Of a stretch of DNA of 64,000 bases, positions 38,469 through 50,986 are shown in pieces. Position 1 is the stretch's first letter. Every line of letters starts with the position of its first letter. The notes below the pieces were generated by a model, which saw nothing but the letters and a program-made list of their open reading frames with translations, was not told the DNA's origin and made no database searches. Source of the stretch: Geosiphon pyriformis uo1 (lineage: Eukaryota; Fungi; Glomeromycota); contig JAAOMT010000597.1 in assembly GCA_016748015.1 (NCBI GenBank), forward strand, positions 186,001 through 250,000, read 5' to 3'. Both the position numbers and the translations under genes were made by a program.

Positions 38469-39854
38469 TTAAGTGTTCAAGTTTGGTTGTTGTTCTATTA
38501 TAATTATTGGTTCTAAATTTTGGGGAATATCTTCAGAATTAATTAAAAAAGAATGTGTACCAATTTGTGGAATTAATGGTTCAGAATTGTTTCTAGAATA
38601 ATAGTATTTCAATCTATTTCCATGTGCAACTTTTGATAGTATCTTGTCATCAAGTCTTAATTTGTATGATTCATTGCTTAGAATTTCGTAAATATAAAAT
38701 GATCCATCCCATTTATGTTCAAATTTTCCACTCCATTGTTTTTCAGCCTTAGTTCTGTGTAAAAGAACTTTATTTCCAACTTTAAATTCGTTGGTTATGG
38801 GTGATAATTTGTTGTCATGTCTTTTTTTTTGTTGAGCTTGGGAATGTTCAATATGAGTTGCTGCTATTCTTCTTTTTCCTTCCAGTGTACTAAGAAGAGT
38901 GTAGGCTCTTCTTTGGAGTGTTTCTTGAAAGTTCTCTTCATTAATTGGTTGCACAGGGTATGTTTCCACTGTGAAATTAATTGGTAATATTGCTGTCCTT
39001 CCATAAGTTAAATCAAATGGTGTGTGTTTCATAGTATCTTGTTTTAGTGTTCTGTATGCTAGTAACATTAATAGAATAAAAATATCCCATTCCTGTTCAA
39101 AGTCTGTTGAGACTTTGGCTAAAGATTTACACAATGTTCTGTTAAAACGTTTTAAAAGTCTATTTGTTTAAGGGTAATAAGGTGATAATAGAGGTCTTTT
39201 GACATTGAACCATTCACAAATTTCTTGTATTAAGTTGTTCACAAAATGGGTTCCTTGATCAGATAAAAGTTCAATTGGACATCTATGTCTACAGATAATG
39301 TCTTCATAAATGAAATTTGCTACTGATTTTGCATCTGCTCTTTGGATGGCTTTAGCTTCAGGCCATTTGGTAAAATAATTCACTGCAACTGCAATATAAC
39401 GATTTCCTTGGGTTGTGATAGGTCATGGTCCGACTAAATTAATTCCAATTCTGTCAAAAGGTTGTCCAACTTTGATTGAATTTAAAGGTTTTGTGGGACA
39501 AGTTCCTCCTTTTTTTTGACAACTATCACAAGATTCTACATATTGTCAAATGTCTTTTTGCATGTAAGGCCAAAAATAATGTTCAAGAGTTCTTTGAATT
39601 GTTCCATTTCTTCCCAAGTGTGCTGAAGAAGGATCTGTATACATGTTGTATAGAATTGTTTCTTTTTCATTTTCCTGTACTAATCTGAGTGGTTGGTTTG
39701 GGTTTTTACGATTTTTGTAATAGATTTTGTTGTGGTGTATAAAATATTGTTTGGATTGGTGTTGTAATCAATGTTTTTCACTTGGAGCCCAATTTTCTGG
39801 CATGATGAAAGTCTTCAAATAGTTTTTGATGTTGTTGTAGTTTTCTGGATCCAT
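38469..39854 (-). pseudogene. G integrase, separate ORF (461 codons, nonsense-disrupted)
   Basis: ATG at 39854 (MDPENYNNIKNYL); fragments 39383 and 39134 in the same frame; SDQGTHF, KWDG. Confidence 0.92.
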
Positions 39855-39921
39855 TGTTGTTGATTTTGTTGTTTGTTCTGCTGTTAAATTTGTTGGTGTT
39901 TTGTTGGTGTTGATGTTGGTA

Positions 39922-42900
39922 TTAATATTGTCTTATTCTTGAGAGGCTATTAACATTGGTGTGTAGTTTTTCTGGTTTGTAATGTACAATGTATCTGTAG
40001 TCTGCTAGGAAGTCATTCCATCGAGACTGTTTGGCACTTTGTTCAGTTTTCTTTTTATTAAGCTATTTAAGGTCAATATTGTCAGTTATTATGTCAAATT
40101 CTTTTCCATTCTTTAGGTATTGTTGAAAGTGTTTGAGAGCCCAGATGACTGCAGCAGCTTCTAATTCAGTTGAGCCATATTTGAGTTCTGTTGGCTTGAG
40201 TGTTCTGCTGGCATAGGCAATAATTTGTTTCTGGCCATTTTCATCCAATTGTGATAAGATGGCACCAAATGCTATGTGTGAAGCATCAGTGGCTAATTGG
40301 AATTGTTTGTTGAAGTCTGAGTAAGCAAGAACTGGGGCTGTTGTCAATTTTGTTTTGAGAGTTTCAAAAGCTTTTTGTTGTTCTTCAGTCCATTTGTATG
40401 GTACATTTTTGTTGGTAAGATAATTGAGTGGTTTGGCAATTTCTGAGAATCCTTTTATAAATTTTTGATAGTAAGAGACTAATCCTACAAATCCTTATAG
40501 TTCTGTGATATTTCTGGGAGTTTGAAAGTTTTTGACAGCACTGATTGTTCCAGAATTTGGTTTGACTCCATCTTTGTTAACAATGTATTCGAAAAAAATT
40601 AAGCTTGTTTTTCCAAAATGACATTTTTCAATGTTTAATTTCAATTTTGCTTTCTGTAATCATTGAAAAACTTCTCGCAGGTGAATAAAATGAGTCTCAA
40701 AGCTTGGTGAGTATACATTAGTGTTATCAAGATAGACAACTGCTAATTGTCACAAGAGTCCTTCATATACAACATCCATGAGTCACTAGAATGTTGCTGG
40801 TGTATTGCAGAGTCCAAAAGGCATAACATTAAACTCATAGTTTCCTCTTTGGGTGGTAAATGCTGTTTTGGGTCGGTCTTTTGGGTCCATTTTGACTTGC
40901 CAGTATCCACTTTCCAAGTTTAAAGTTGAGAAAAACTTGGCTTTTCTTAGAGCATCTAGCATGTCATTAATTCTTGGAAGAGAGTAGGCATTTCCAATTG
41001 TCACACTGTTCAATTGGCAATAGTAAACACAAAATCTGATTTTTCTATTTTTCTTTTTGACAAGAACTACTGGTGAGGCCCAAAGACTTCTTGATGGTTG
41101 AATCAATCTGTTATTAAACATTCTCTGGACTTCTTTTTTGATGAATTGGTGGCTGGCAGGTGGCACTCTGTAAGCTTGCTAATGTTTTGGTGGAGCATCT
41201 CCTGTATGGATTTGATGTTGAACCATATCCGTTTTTCCCAGGTCATTGTTGTCTTTTGCAAATATATCTGCAAATTCAGCTATCAATTGTTTCAATTGTC
41301 TTTGTTGTTGAGGTTCTAAGAGACCCATGTTGATTCAAGAAAGTTTTTTTTCTAAAAAGTGGTAGTTTTCAGTAGTGAAAATGATATTTGGATTTGGGAG
41401 TCGAGTGTGCCTTACAATTTCGATGAAATTAAAGACAATTTGAAGGTTTTCATCTTGAAAAATATTACTGTGTATGATTCCAATCTCTAGTTTGTTTAAT
41501 AAGACAATAGGGTAATTATTGGGGTTGTAGAATATAACTCAAAATTTTTTTATTCCTTTGGGAATATAAACATTTGGAATTAAGATTTCATGCTTCAAAC
41601 AGATTTGTTCATTGGATTCAAAGATTTGTTGTGTAGTGGTGGGTTTTGAGCAAATATAAATTTCGTAATGTTCTCCAAAAGATAAAATAGTAATTGGCTG
41701 GGGAAATTGAAGAATCTGGTGAGATTCATTTTGTGTATTAAGAGCTATGTTTACTGGAACTGTAAATCGTCCAGTTGAACCAAAACCTTGAGTTTCTCTT
41801 TCACTTTTTCCCAATTGTTCTCTATTGTTTACTGATTGTAAACCCGAAATGTTGATTAAAGGTAAGTAAATTGCTTGAGCAATTTTTTCAGCATGTTCAA
41901 TTTTGAATGGTTTGTCTGTCTCATTTTGTAACATGATGGTAATGTCTCCAGTATATCCTGCATCTATAACTCCTCCTCTAATATTGATTCCTTTGCTTGC
42001 CAATGATGATCTGGAGGCAATTTGAACCATTGCTTCTGGTAGTATTTCAAGAGCAATTTTGAGATTGATTTTTGTCAAAGACTTTGGTTGGAGAACCAAA
42101 GTATCTTTTTCTGAATATCTTAGGTTATATCCAGCATCAATTTCGTGTGCTTTTTCTGGTCTGATTCCTTGGCCATGGTTGTCAAAATATTTAAGTTGTA
42201 GAAGTGGTTGCTTTTCAAAAAAATAGATGGGCATGGTTGGTAGTTCTTCTACTAGTTCAGATATTTCAAATTCGATTTCATTTTCATTATTCTCATCTGG
42301 CAGAGGAATGCTAAGAGCATAACATTCTAAACACCATTGGTCATCACAAAACATAACACATTCTTCACACAATTGAATGTTCATTTGCTCTAATCGTTGA
42401 ATTTGAGCTTCTTTGGTCAGATATGTGTGGCTTGCAATTTGGTAGTAGATTTCTACTTCATCTTCATAATCAAATCCTGCTAATTCCATGGTATACTCAA
42501 TGTATTCGGCTTCTTTCATTTGGTAGACATCTTCTTGGGTGGCTCTATTAATCAATGCCATTGTTAAGTCAAAAATCATTTCAGCATCATGAGGGTAGTG
42601 GTAAAGTTTATTGAGAGCACTGTTGTATGCTGCATCAAATGGTGTTCCTCTTCTGACTTTTTCCAAAATTAATAAAGCATATTGACAGGTCTGATTACAT
42701 ACTCTTCCTCTCATTGCTACATCAATCCAATTGCATTCTTCTGGTAGCTTTTCTCCACAAGTAAGACAAGAAGTTTTGTCCTATTTTCCACTTCTCTTTG
42801 TGGATCTAAATCATTCTCTATGGCATGCCTTGCAGAAATAGCAAGTGCGAGTTTTGTATTCCTCTTCTGGGAAAATACAGGCTCTTATAGATGAAAGCTT

Positions 42901-45549
42901 TTTTTTGCAATCTTTGTATTTTAGTAGAATGTATAGTAGTTCTTTTCGTGATTCTGGTGTGGAATATTTAACTTTCTTCCATTCTCTTAATTCTTCGAAA
43001 ATCTCTTGTTCTGTTTCTTCAGCCCAATTGGATGGTGATCCAAGAGCCATGTAGGTTTTAGTGAGTGACATTTTTTTCTCTTTTTCAAATTCAAATACTG
43101 GAGCTTTTTCTGATTGTTTGTTAAAGGTATCACAGATTGCAGGTACTATGGTATATTGTCCTTGGTATGAGATTTTAAGTTCTTGAGTTTCCCAGTTCAG
43201 GTTTGCATTGGCCTTAAGAAGCCAATCATTTCCAACTAGAGCTTAGTATTGGGATGCATTTATAACAAAAACTTTAACTAGAATGGTGATTCCATCAATT
43301 GTAAAGGGAAAATCATCAATTTTTTTTACTGGAGTCTTCTTCATACCATTAGCTGTGACAATAACTGTTTGAGCTGGTCTGTTTACGTTTCATTTGAGTT
43401 GTTGCATCAACTGGTAAGTGATGATACTTCTAGCTGATCTATTATCTAAGATTAAGCGAATAGGTTTTTCTTCCACTGTAGCTTCTATGTATATAACAGT
43501 AATTGCTTTCTGTTCATTGACTGCTGCATTACTAAGCAGAAATAGTGATTCATTTGCTTCAAATTCAAATGGAAATATATCTGACAGATTGGCATTTTGG
43601 GCAATTTGAGCTGGTAAAATGGTATGGTTAGAAGGGTTTGTTCTTGGTACTGCAGCTTTACCTTCAGAAAGTGCAGTTTGTTGAAAATTCAATTCTTCAG
43701 TCATTGTTAAATAACTGGGTTGAGTGTAAAAGTAATTTGGTCTTTGCTGACTGGAATTTTGGGGAACTAATTGGTTATTTGGGTTGATTCTGTTGTTGTT
43801 ACTCTGCAATTAATTTTGGGGTGTGAATTGGTTATGTTGAACCAATCTTCTTGCTGGTACTTGATATTGTTGAGTAGGTGGTGTCTGATATGGCTGAATT
43901 GGTAAAGGTTGCTGATATTGTTGCTGCATTGGTTGTGGAGCTGGTAAATAGTAACTGTTTTGATTTTGTGGTCTTGGTGAATAATAGATTGGTGGTAGAG
44001 ATTGGTAATAAGATTGTTGTGGTGAAGAGTAATGTTGATTACTCCTGTTTTGTTGGTCTCTTTGTAATTTTCTACAATCTCGTTTCCAGTGTCCTGGAAT
44101 TCCACAATAATGACAATTTTAAGGTTGGTTGTTGGATGGTGATCCAAAATTGTTTTGGTTGCGTCATTGTGGGAGTTGATATTTTTGTGGTTGTTGTTGC
44201 TGTTGTTGTTGTTGGTTTGTGAAGTAGCTTTCAATCTTTTTTGTGAGTTGGTTTATCTTCTCTTCAGCTGCTGAGCTGGTTTCTCTAATTGCAAGATTTA
44301 CAAGCTTGGTATGATTTGCTTCTTTCATTGCCATTTCATAGCTCTTTGCATGTCTAATAGCAGTTGCTAAGTCTGCTGGAGCATGTGGACAGACTTTCTT
44401 AATCAGTTTGTCTTTTAACCCTGCTATAAACTGATTCAGAATTTGAGCATCAGAATAGTAGTTATTGGTTTCCAATTGTCGGATTCGTCTAAGAAGTTTG
44501 TTAAATCTTCCAAGATAGGTCATAACAGTTTCAGATGTTTCTTGTTTGATATTGTGAAAATGGTTTCTGAGAGTGATAGAAGTATTGTTGTCAGTGAATT
44601 GTTATAGAAAAGCATTTTTGAATGCTTGCCAGTTTTCAAATGGTTCTTCTAAATTTTCAAACCATTCTTTTGCTGTTTCTTGGAGAAAATAGGGAATTGC
44701 TTTAAGTATTCTTGCTGCAATCCAACCATTTGCATTTCCTGCTTTTTGAACTTTGTCAAGCCATTCTTGAAGACTGATATCATTGTCTTCATCAGTGAAT
44801 TCTGGAATTTTTGCAATGTAAGCAGTTGTCATTTTTTTTTCATTTCCTGTGATTTCTTCTGGTTCTGATTCAGTTTCTTCACTTTCCAAGCTTTCTGAAT
44901 GATTACTTTCGTTTTCCTGTAAGTAATCAATGATATTGGCACTTGTTAATATTGGTTCTTGTTGTTGAGTAGGATTTCTAGGTGACTAAAAATCTTCTGG
45001 TCTGAAAAAATGATTAAGTAATGAACTTAGTGTTTGTAGTTGAACAAGTGAAATTGGAAATGGTGTAATAGAAAGTGGTAATTTGACACTGGTTCCTTGT
45101 TCAGGTGTTTGCAAGTGTTTGGCAGTTGTCTTTGATAGTATTGGAGTGTTTGGAGTGGTTCTTGAGTATTGTTTTACTTTTTGTTTGCCTTTGTTGTTTG
45201 TTTCTGTTTCTGATTCAAAGTTAAAAGAGTATTTGGGCTGTACTGGGTATTTTTCTTTACAGTACTCAATAATATTAAAATTAAGTTCTTGGAAGTAGGT
45301 AGCAAGTGTTTCACTGTTCAGGTCTTCTGTTCTCAATTGTGAATAGTGCACTAAATTATTGTAGAAGTTGCTTCTAACTTCTGAAATGTTGTAGTTTCCA
45401 AAAAGATAATTGTTAATGCAATTTTTAATATATTGGTATACTGATTTCTTAACAACTTCAATTCCGTCTGGGATGTTGAATTTTTGCTTGCAGTGAATGT
45501 AAATTGACTGATGATACTTTAGAGTTGTTGTGTCTGGTGTAATTGCTAC
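39922..45549 (-). pseudogene. gag-pol: G ORF1: Gag-PR-Cys-dUTPase-RT-RNase H, 1875 codons in one frame
   Basis: Fragments 45351, 44889, 44523, 43809, 43071, 42714, 41166 and 40347 are all in frame with 45549 and the TAA at 39924-39922. Confidence 0.93.
41770..42195 (-). pseudogene. dut: G dUTPase domain (best preserved copy)
   Basis: All five trimeric-dUTPase motifs: DAGYNL, RSS, GVIDAGYTG, KIAQ, ERxxQGFGSTG. Confidence 0.93.
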
Positions 45550-45594
45550 TTTGAATTTGTTGTTGCTGTGTTATTTCTGTGGAAGAGCACCAAA

Positions 45595-46571
45595 TGTTAC
45601 CAGAGGTTTTTGGTCTCTTTTCTTGAATGTTGTAACTGTCTGTTGGTTGCAAATTCACATTTTCTAGAAGTAGTTGAACCTCTAATAACTGAATTTATCT
45701 TCAAATTATCTCTTATAATTTGAACTGCTGGGCTTATAAGTGGAATGGTCAATTCATGCCAGTTACTTTGTATAGTTACATTGTAGTAAATGCCAACTCT
45801 TTTTCAGGAATTGCTCGTCTGGAAGCTCACTAAAATGTGTAGTTACTTTGCTGTGAAAGTCAACTCTTCTACAGAAATCTTGTCTATAGGCTACTCTAAT
45901 AATTACAGTAAGAAAATAAAAGAAAATAAAAGAAAATAAAAGAAATGTAAAAAAAATTGAATTCTGTCAAGAGAAACGTTTTCTATCCAGGCCTGGAGTC
46001 ACTAACAATTTACTGAAATTGGTAGCTAATCAATTTCAAAATGTTAGTTGGGTTTTGGGGATTTTCCAAGTGCAATAATTAAAAAATTTGGTTTTTCAAA
46101 TTATTTGATATTTATTTCTTTTTGTGTGTGTAGGAATGGTTCTAGTGATAAATCTAAAGTAAGATACATTTTCTTAAAGAGAAAAGCTCTTTTTTTATAT
46201 AACTTGTTGTAGTACTAGTCTATGAACTTGCACTTTTTCTCTTTGCTCAACTTTCGACAAACTAAAGATACATTTTGATGAACTACAAGTTATTTCACTG
46301 AACTATTAATTAATTTGGGTGAACTATTCATAATTTTGGCAAATTTCTATAAATTTCAGTGAATTTTAGAATGTTACAAAGTTCAGAGTATTGTGTAATT
46401 TGATCATCCTACTTTCTGTTATATTAATTGGATTATTTAATTGAATTGTAATATGTAATAATTGATTAAATAATAAATGATAATTTGAAATGATATTAAT
46501 ATACTAATTAATTATAGAAATTATAAGGGTAATTTTCCTGCTAATTAATAGCTAAAATTCTACTGGTAACA
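45595..46571 (-). repeat. G 5' LTR
   Basis: Adjacent to the PBS at ~45577-45594. Confidence 0.95.
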
Positions 46572-46575
46572 GCAC

Positions 46576-48810
46576 TTAAGAATAATACCCAAAAGAGTCC
46601 ATCCAACCAATGTTGGATTCAATCTATGTTATCTGGAAGAAAAATCCACAACATTACCACCCAGAAGCATCATTAAAATTGATCTGAAAATAGCAGTTGA
46701 AATTCCGCCAGGAACAATGATTCAAATAGCATTGTAATCAAGTCTCGTAAAAAAAGAAATAAGCATTCAAGGAGGAGTAATTGACTCTGGATACACTGGA
46801 AATTTGATGGTTTTGCTACAGAACAATTTAGAAAAGCCTTATATCATTGAATCTAAGAAAAAGATTGCACAAGCAATTTTTCTACCATTGGTAAAAATTG
46901 GAAAATATGTGTCAGTGGAAAATTGTAAAGAATTGTTACAAACAACAAGAAAAACTTTTGGTTTTGGATCGACAAAAAAAGGAATTAAAGCAAATTTTAC
47001 TAAAACAATAGAAGAAAAAGGCAAAGTAATTAAAACTGAGCAGTCCATTATGCTCTTATCATATGGAAAATCAGAAATAAGAATAAAAAGGACAATTAAA
47101 AAAAAAGACCTAATATTTGAGCCTTACCCAAAAACTTGTCAACAGTTTCTCATAGAACTTATTAACCTTTTTATTCTAGCTGATAAAGCTCAATAAATAA
47201 AAATTTCTATCACAAACACCACAGAAAAACCTGTCTATATTCTGGAAGATACTATCATTAGATACCTCAGAACAAAGCTAGAAAATGCGTCAACACCACA
47301 AGAAATTCTAAATTTCCCAGAAATCGCCTTCTACTGTGAATTCACTTCAATAAATTGGCAACAACTATTGGAATGCTATCAATTTACACCAGAAAAATTG
47401 GCCAAATTAAACATTGGAACAATGAATCCTAACCAACAGCAACAATTAAAAGCATTAATTTTAAAATACTTTGATATATTTTCACAAAATTGCAAATTTG
47501 GAAGAACCAACTTGGTTCAACACCAAATCCTCACTGGAGACGCCAGACCTGAAAAACAACATGCTTACCATATTCCACCAATAGAGCATAATTTTATCAG
47601 AGAAGAAGTTCAAAGCATGTTAGAAAAAGGAATAATCCAACTATCAATGAGCCCATGGTCTTTACCAGTTGTTTTAGTAAGAAAAAAGAACAGAAAAATT
47701 AGATTTTGTGTTAACTATTGCAAACTAAACAGCAAAACAACCAAAAACTCATACCTAATACCATTAATTGATGAAATCTTCGACATTTTTGAAGAAGCAA
47801 AATGGTTTTCTATACTGGACTTGACCAGTAAGTACTGGCAAGTAGAAATAGACTCAAAAGACAGACATAAAACAGCATTCACAATACAAAATAGCAATTA
47901 TGAGTTTAATGTAATGCTATTTGGATTGACAAACACTCTCATAATATTCTAAAGACTAATGAATGTAATTTATTTCAGAATCCTGTAACAATTCATTGTT
48001 GTCTACTTGAATGATACAAATGTTTTCTTATTAAAATTCACAGATCATTTCCAATATTTGCAACAAGTTTTTGAGAGATTAAGACATGCTGGACTTAAAC
48101 TAAATCTAGAAATATGTTTCTTTGGGAAAAATAAGCTAGCATTTTTAGGACATGTAGTTAGAAAAGATGGAATAAAACCAAATCCATCAAAAATAGACAA
48201 AGTGAAAAATTTTCCAGTATCTCAAAATGTTTCAGAAATTAGAAGCTTTTTAGAACTCACATTTTACTACTGCTGCTTTGTAGAAAACTTTTCAAACATC
48301 ACTAAATTCCTTAATTATCTACTATCCAAAAATGTAAAATTTGAATAGACTGAAGCACAACAAAAAGCTTTTAAGTACCTTAGACAAAAGCTCATTGAAT
48401 TACCAATAATGATCTATCTGAATTTCAACAAGAAATTCATTTTGGCCACAGATGCCTTTGGAACTGGACTTGGAGCCATTCTGTCACAAAAAAATGATAA
48501 TGAAAGAGAACATGTAATCACTTATGCCAATAGAAGTCTCAGTACAGTAGAGCAAAACTACACAGCACACGAATTTGAATGCTTAGCAGTAGTCTGGAGT
48601 TGTGTTCACTTTGACACATATTTATGGTACCAACCCTTTGAGATTACCACAGATCATAGAGGTCTGGTCTGGTTAAATAACAAGAAAGCACTAAAAAAAA
48701 AATACGCCAGATGATCACAAACATTAACACCATATGATTATATTATCAAATACAAAAAAGGTACCAAAAATGCTAATGCTAACTGTTTGTCAAGAATAAG
48801 ACACACATAA
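46576..48810 (+). pseudogene. pol: F ORF1 part 2: dUTPase, RT, RNase H; conserved TAA 48808
   Basis: YFDNGH|LRII rejoins across G; GVIDSGYTG, FGFGST, YWQ, VYLND, ATDA. Confidence 0.92.
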
Positions 48811-48839
48811 AAATTACCAACCCATCCACCATAACAACA

Positions 48840-50215
48840 ATGAACAATCACCTTTACAAAAACCTCAGCCAATACTTAGAAACACTACAAATAGACAAAA
48901 AAATGCCAGTAAAAGAGCTAATTAAGCTCCAAAAATTAGCAAAACACTATTTCATCCAAAATCACATACTTTATTACTGGAATTAACAAAATCCAGATAA
49001 TCTATTAAGAGTTATAACCACAGATAAAAAAGAAACTATCTTATTTAACATGCACTCAGATATTCATTTAGGCCACTTTGAAAAAACAGCAACTATCTAG
49101 CGTGCAACTAACTATTACTATTGGCCAAAAATGAGTTCAGACATAATCCAATACATAAGAAATTGTGACTTATGCCAATGAAAAGAAGGAGCAAAAACAA
49201 TGGAATTATTAAGACCAATAAAAGTTGGACAGCCATTTGACAGAATTGAAATTGATTTAGTTGGATCTTTACCAATAACAACAAAAAACAACCATTATAT
49301 TGCAGTAGCTGTAGACTATCTTACCAAATGGCCAGAAGCTAGAGCTATTAAAACAGCTAATGCTATTTCTGTAGCTCAATTGGTACATGAAGACTTAATT
49401 TGCTGACATGGATGTCCACAAAAATTGCTATCAGATCAAGGCACACACTTCATAAACAGCACCTTAAAAAAACTTAGCCAAAAATTTGGAATCAAGCGAC
49501 CATTGTCATCACCATACCACCCACAAACAAATGGATTAGTTGAAAAATTTAATCACATATTATGCAAATTACTAGTGAAAATTAGTAATAAACATGAAAA
49601 AGAATGGGATTTGTTCATACCAGCAGTACTACTAACATATAGAACAGTAAAACAAGATACTATACAATTCACACCATTTGAACTAGTTTATGGAAGAAAA
49701 GCCACATTATTAGTTAAACTTACTATTTCAACTTATCTAAGTGACACTATCACTGAAACAACATTCCAGGAAACACTACTTAGAAGAACATATGAATTAA
49801 TAGAAACTTTAAAAAACAAAAAAAAAGCAGCACAAATATTGAACAATCACAAAAACAACAAAAAGTGAGACATGATAATCAGTTACCAGATAATATAATT
49901 AGCTACAAAATTGGAGATAAAGTATTGTTGCATTGTACAAAAATGGAAAAACAATGGAGTGAAAAATTTGATTACAAGTGGGATGGACCATTTTATATTT
50001 ACAAAATACTTAGAAATAAAGCATATAAGCTAAGACTAGATGATAAAATATTAAGAAAAGCAGCACATGGTAACCAGCTAAAATTCTATTACAGTAAACC
50101 AGTAATAACAACAAAAACACCCAGAATTGGAACACAATTACCTTTAATTCTACCAGAACAAATTCCATGAAATTTAGAACCAATAGTTTTAATTGAATAT
50201 TATTCAAAAAGATAA
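48840..50215 (+). pseudogene. F integrase, separate ORF
   Basis: ATG at 48840; GHF, CDLC, IDLVG, SDQGTHF, YHPQTNGLVE, WDGPF. Confidence 0.92.
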
Positions 50216-50304
50216 TTAATTTTAGATCACAGCAAAAAAAAAATGATTTAACAACCATAAAAACGCATGCAAAAGATTCCAAAATAGCAGTCAAAATTAA
50301 AACA

Positions 50305-50973
50305 ATGATACTTATTCCAAAAAACATCAACAATATAGCTCAACAATTAGTTGAAACCTTACAACAATTAAAATCCGATCCGGAAATCACAGTTAATAGC
50401 TCCAAAATAACATACATAAAAAGAACAATAAAAAATCCAAAAACAAGAAAAGAACATAATTTTGAACCATATAATATTACCAAACATAACAACAAATTTA
50501 TCAGCAAAGTTATTGAAAAATTAGAGATAACATTGGGCAATACATTAATAATGAAAGAAATAGAAATAAGTGAATTAACACCAGACACATTTAGCAACTT
50601 GAAAACAAAATTTCCAATTAACTACTGTTATTATCAACTAGGAAAGCACTTGAACATACAAACATTATACTTAAAAGACTCAATTAAAATGTTTGACAAA
50701 ACAACAATCCAACTATTAGAACCTTTCATTGGAAAAACCAACATTACATTTCATTCAAAAACAGTTTACAGAATTTTTAAAGGATTTGAAAACTGTCACA
50801 AACTATTGTTGGACCCAACCATGAACATAATAACAATCAACAGTATTGGACGACTTACCAACTCACAATTTCAAGAATTACAACAACAAATTAATAACAC
50901 AGTATTGGACTACTATAGTAACTTAGAATTTAATGAAAAAATTAACTTTGATTTCGACAGAGCTCAATCTTGA
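50305..50973 (+). CDS. F ORF3, uninterrupted 222 aa, unknown function
   Basis: Open frame with ATG; stop overlaps the PPT. Confidence 0.8.
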   Translation: MILIPKNINNIAQQLVETLQQLKSDPEITVNSSKITYIKRTIKNPKTRKEHNFEPYNITKHNNKFISKVIEKLEITLGNTLIMKEIEISELTPDTFSNLKTKFPINYCYYQLGKHLNIQTLYLKDSIKMFDKTTIQLLEPFIGKTNITFHSKTVYRIFKGFENCHKLLLDPTMNIITINSIGRLTNSQFQELQQQINNTVLDYYSNLEFNEKINFDFDRAQS

Positions 50974-50986
50974 AAGAAGGGGATAA

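Larger units (their letters stand above)
36671..46571 (-). mobile_element. Element G: full-length family A/G element on the minus strand, inserted in the F dUTPase
   Basis: LTRs 45595-46571 and 36671-37659; perfect GCAC TSD; PBS TGGTGCTCTTCC; PPT GAAGAGGAGA. Confidence 0.96.

Noticed and set aside
38469-38600. Chromodomain at the integrase C-terminus
   Set aside because: Only a short P/I-rich tail ending LEPIIIIE follows the GPY/F region; no chromodomain pattern.
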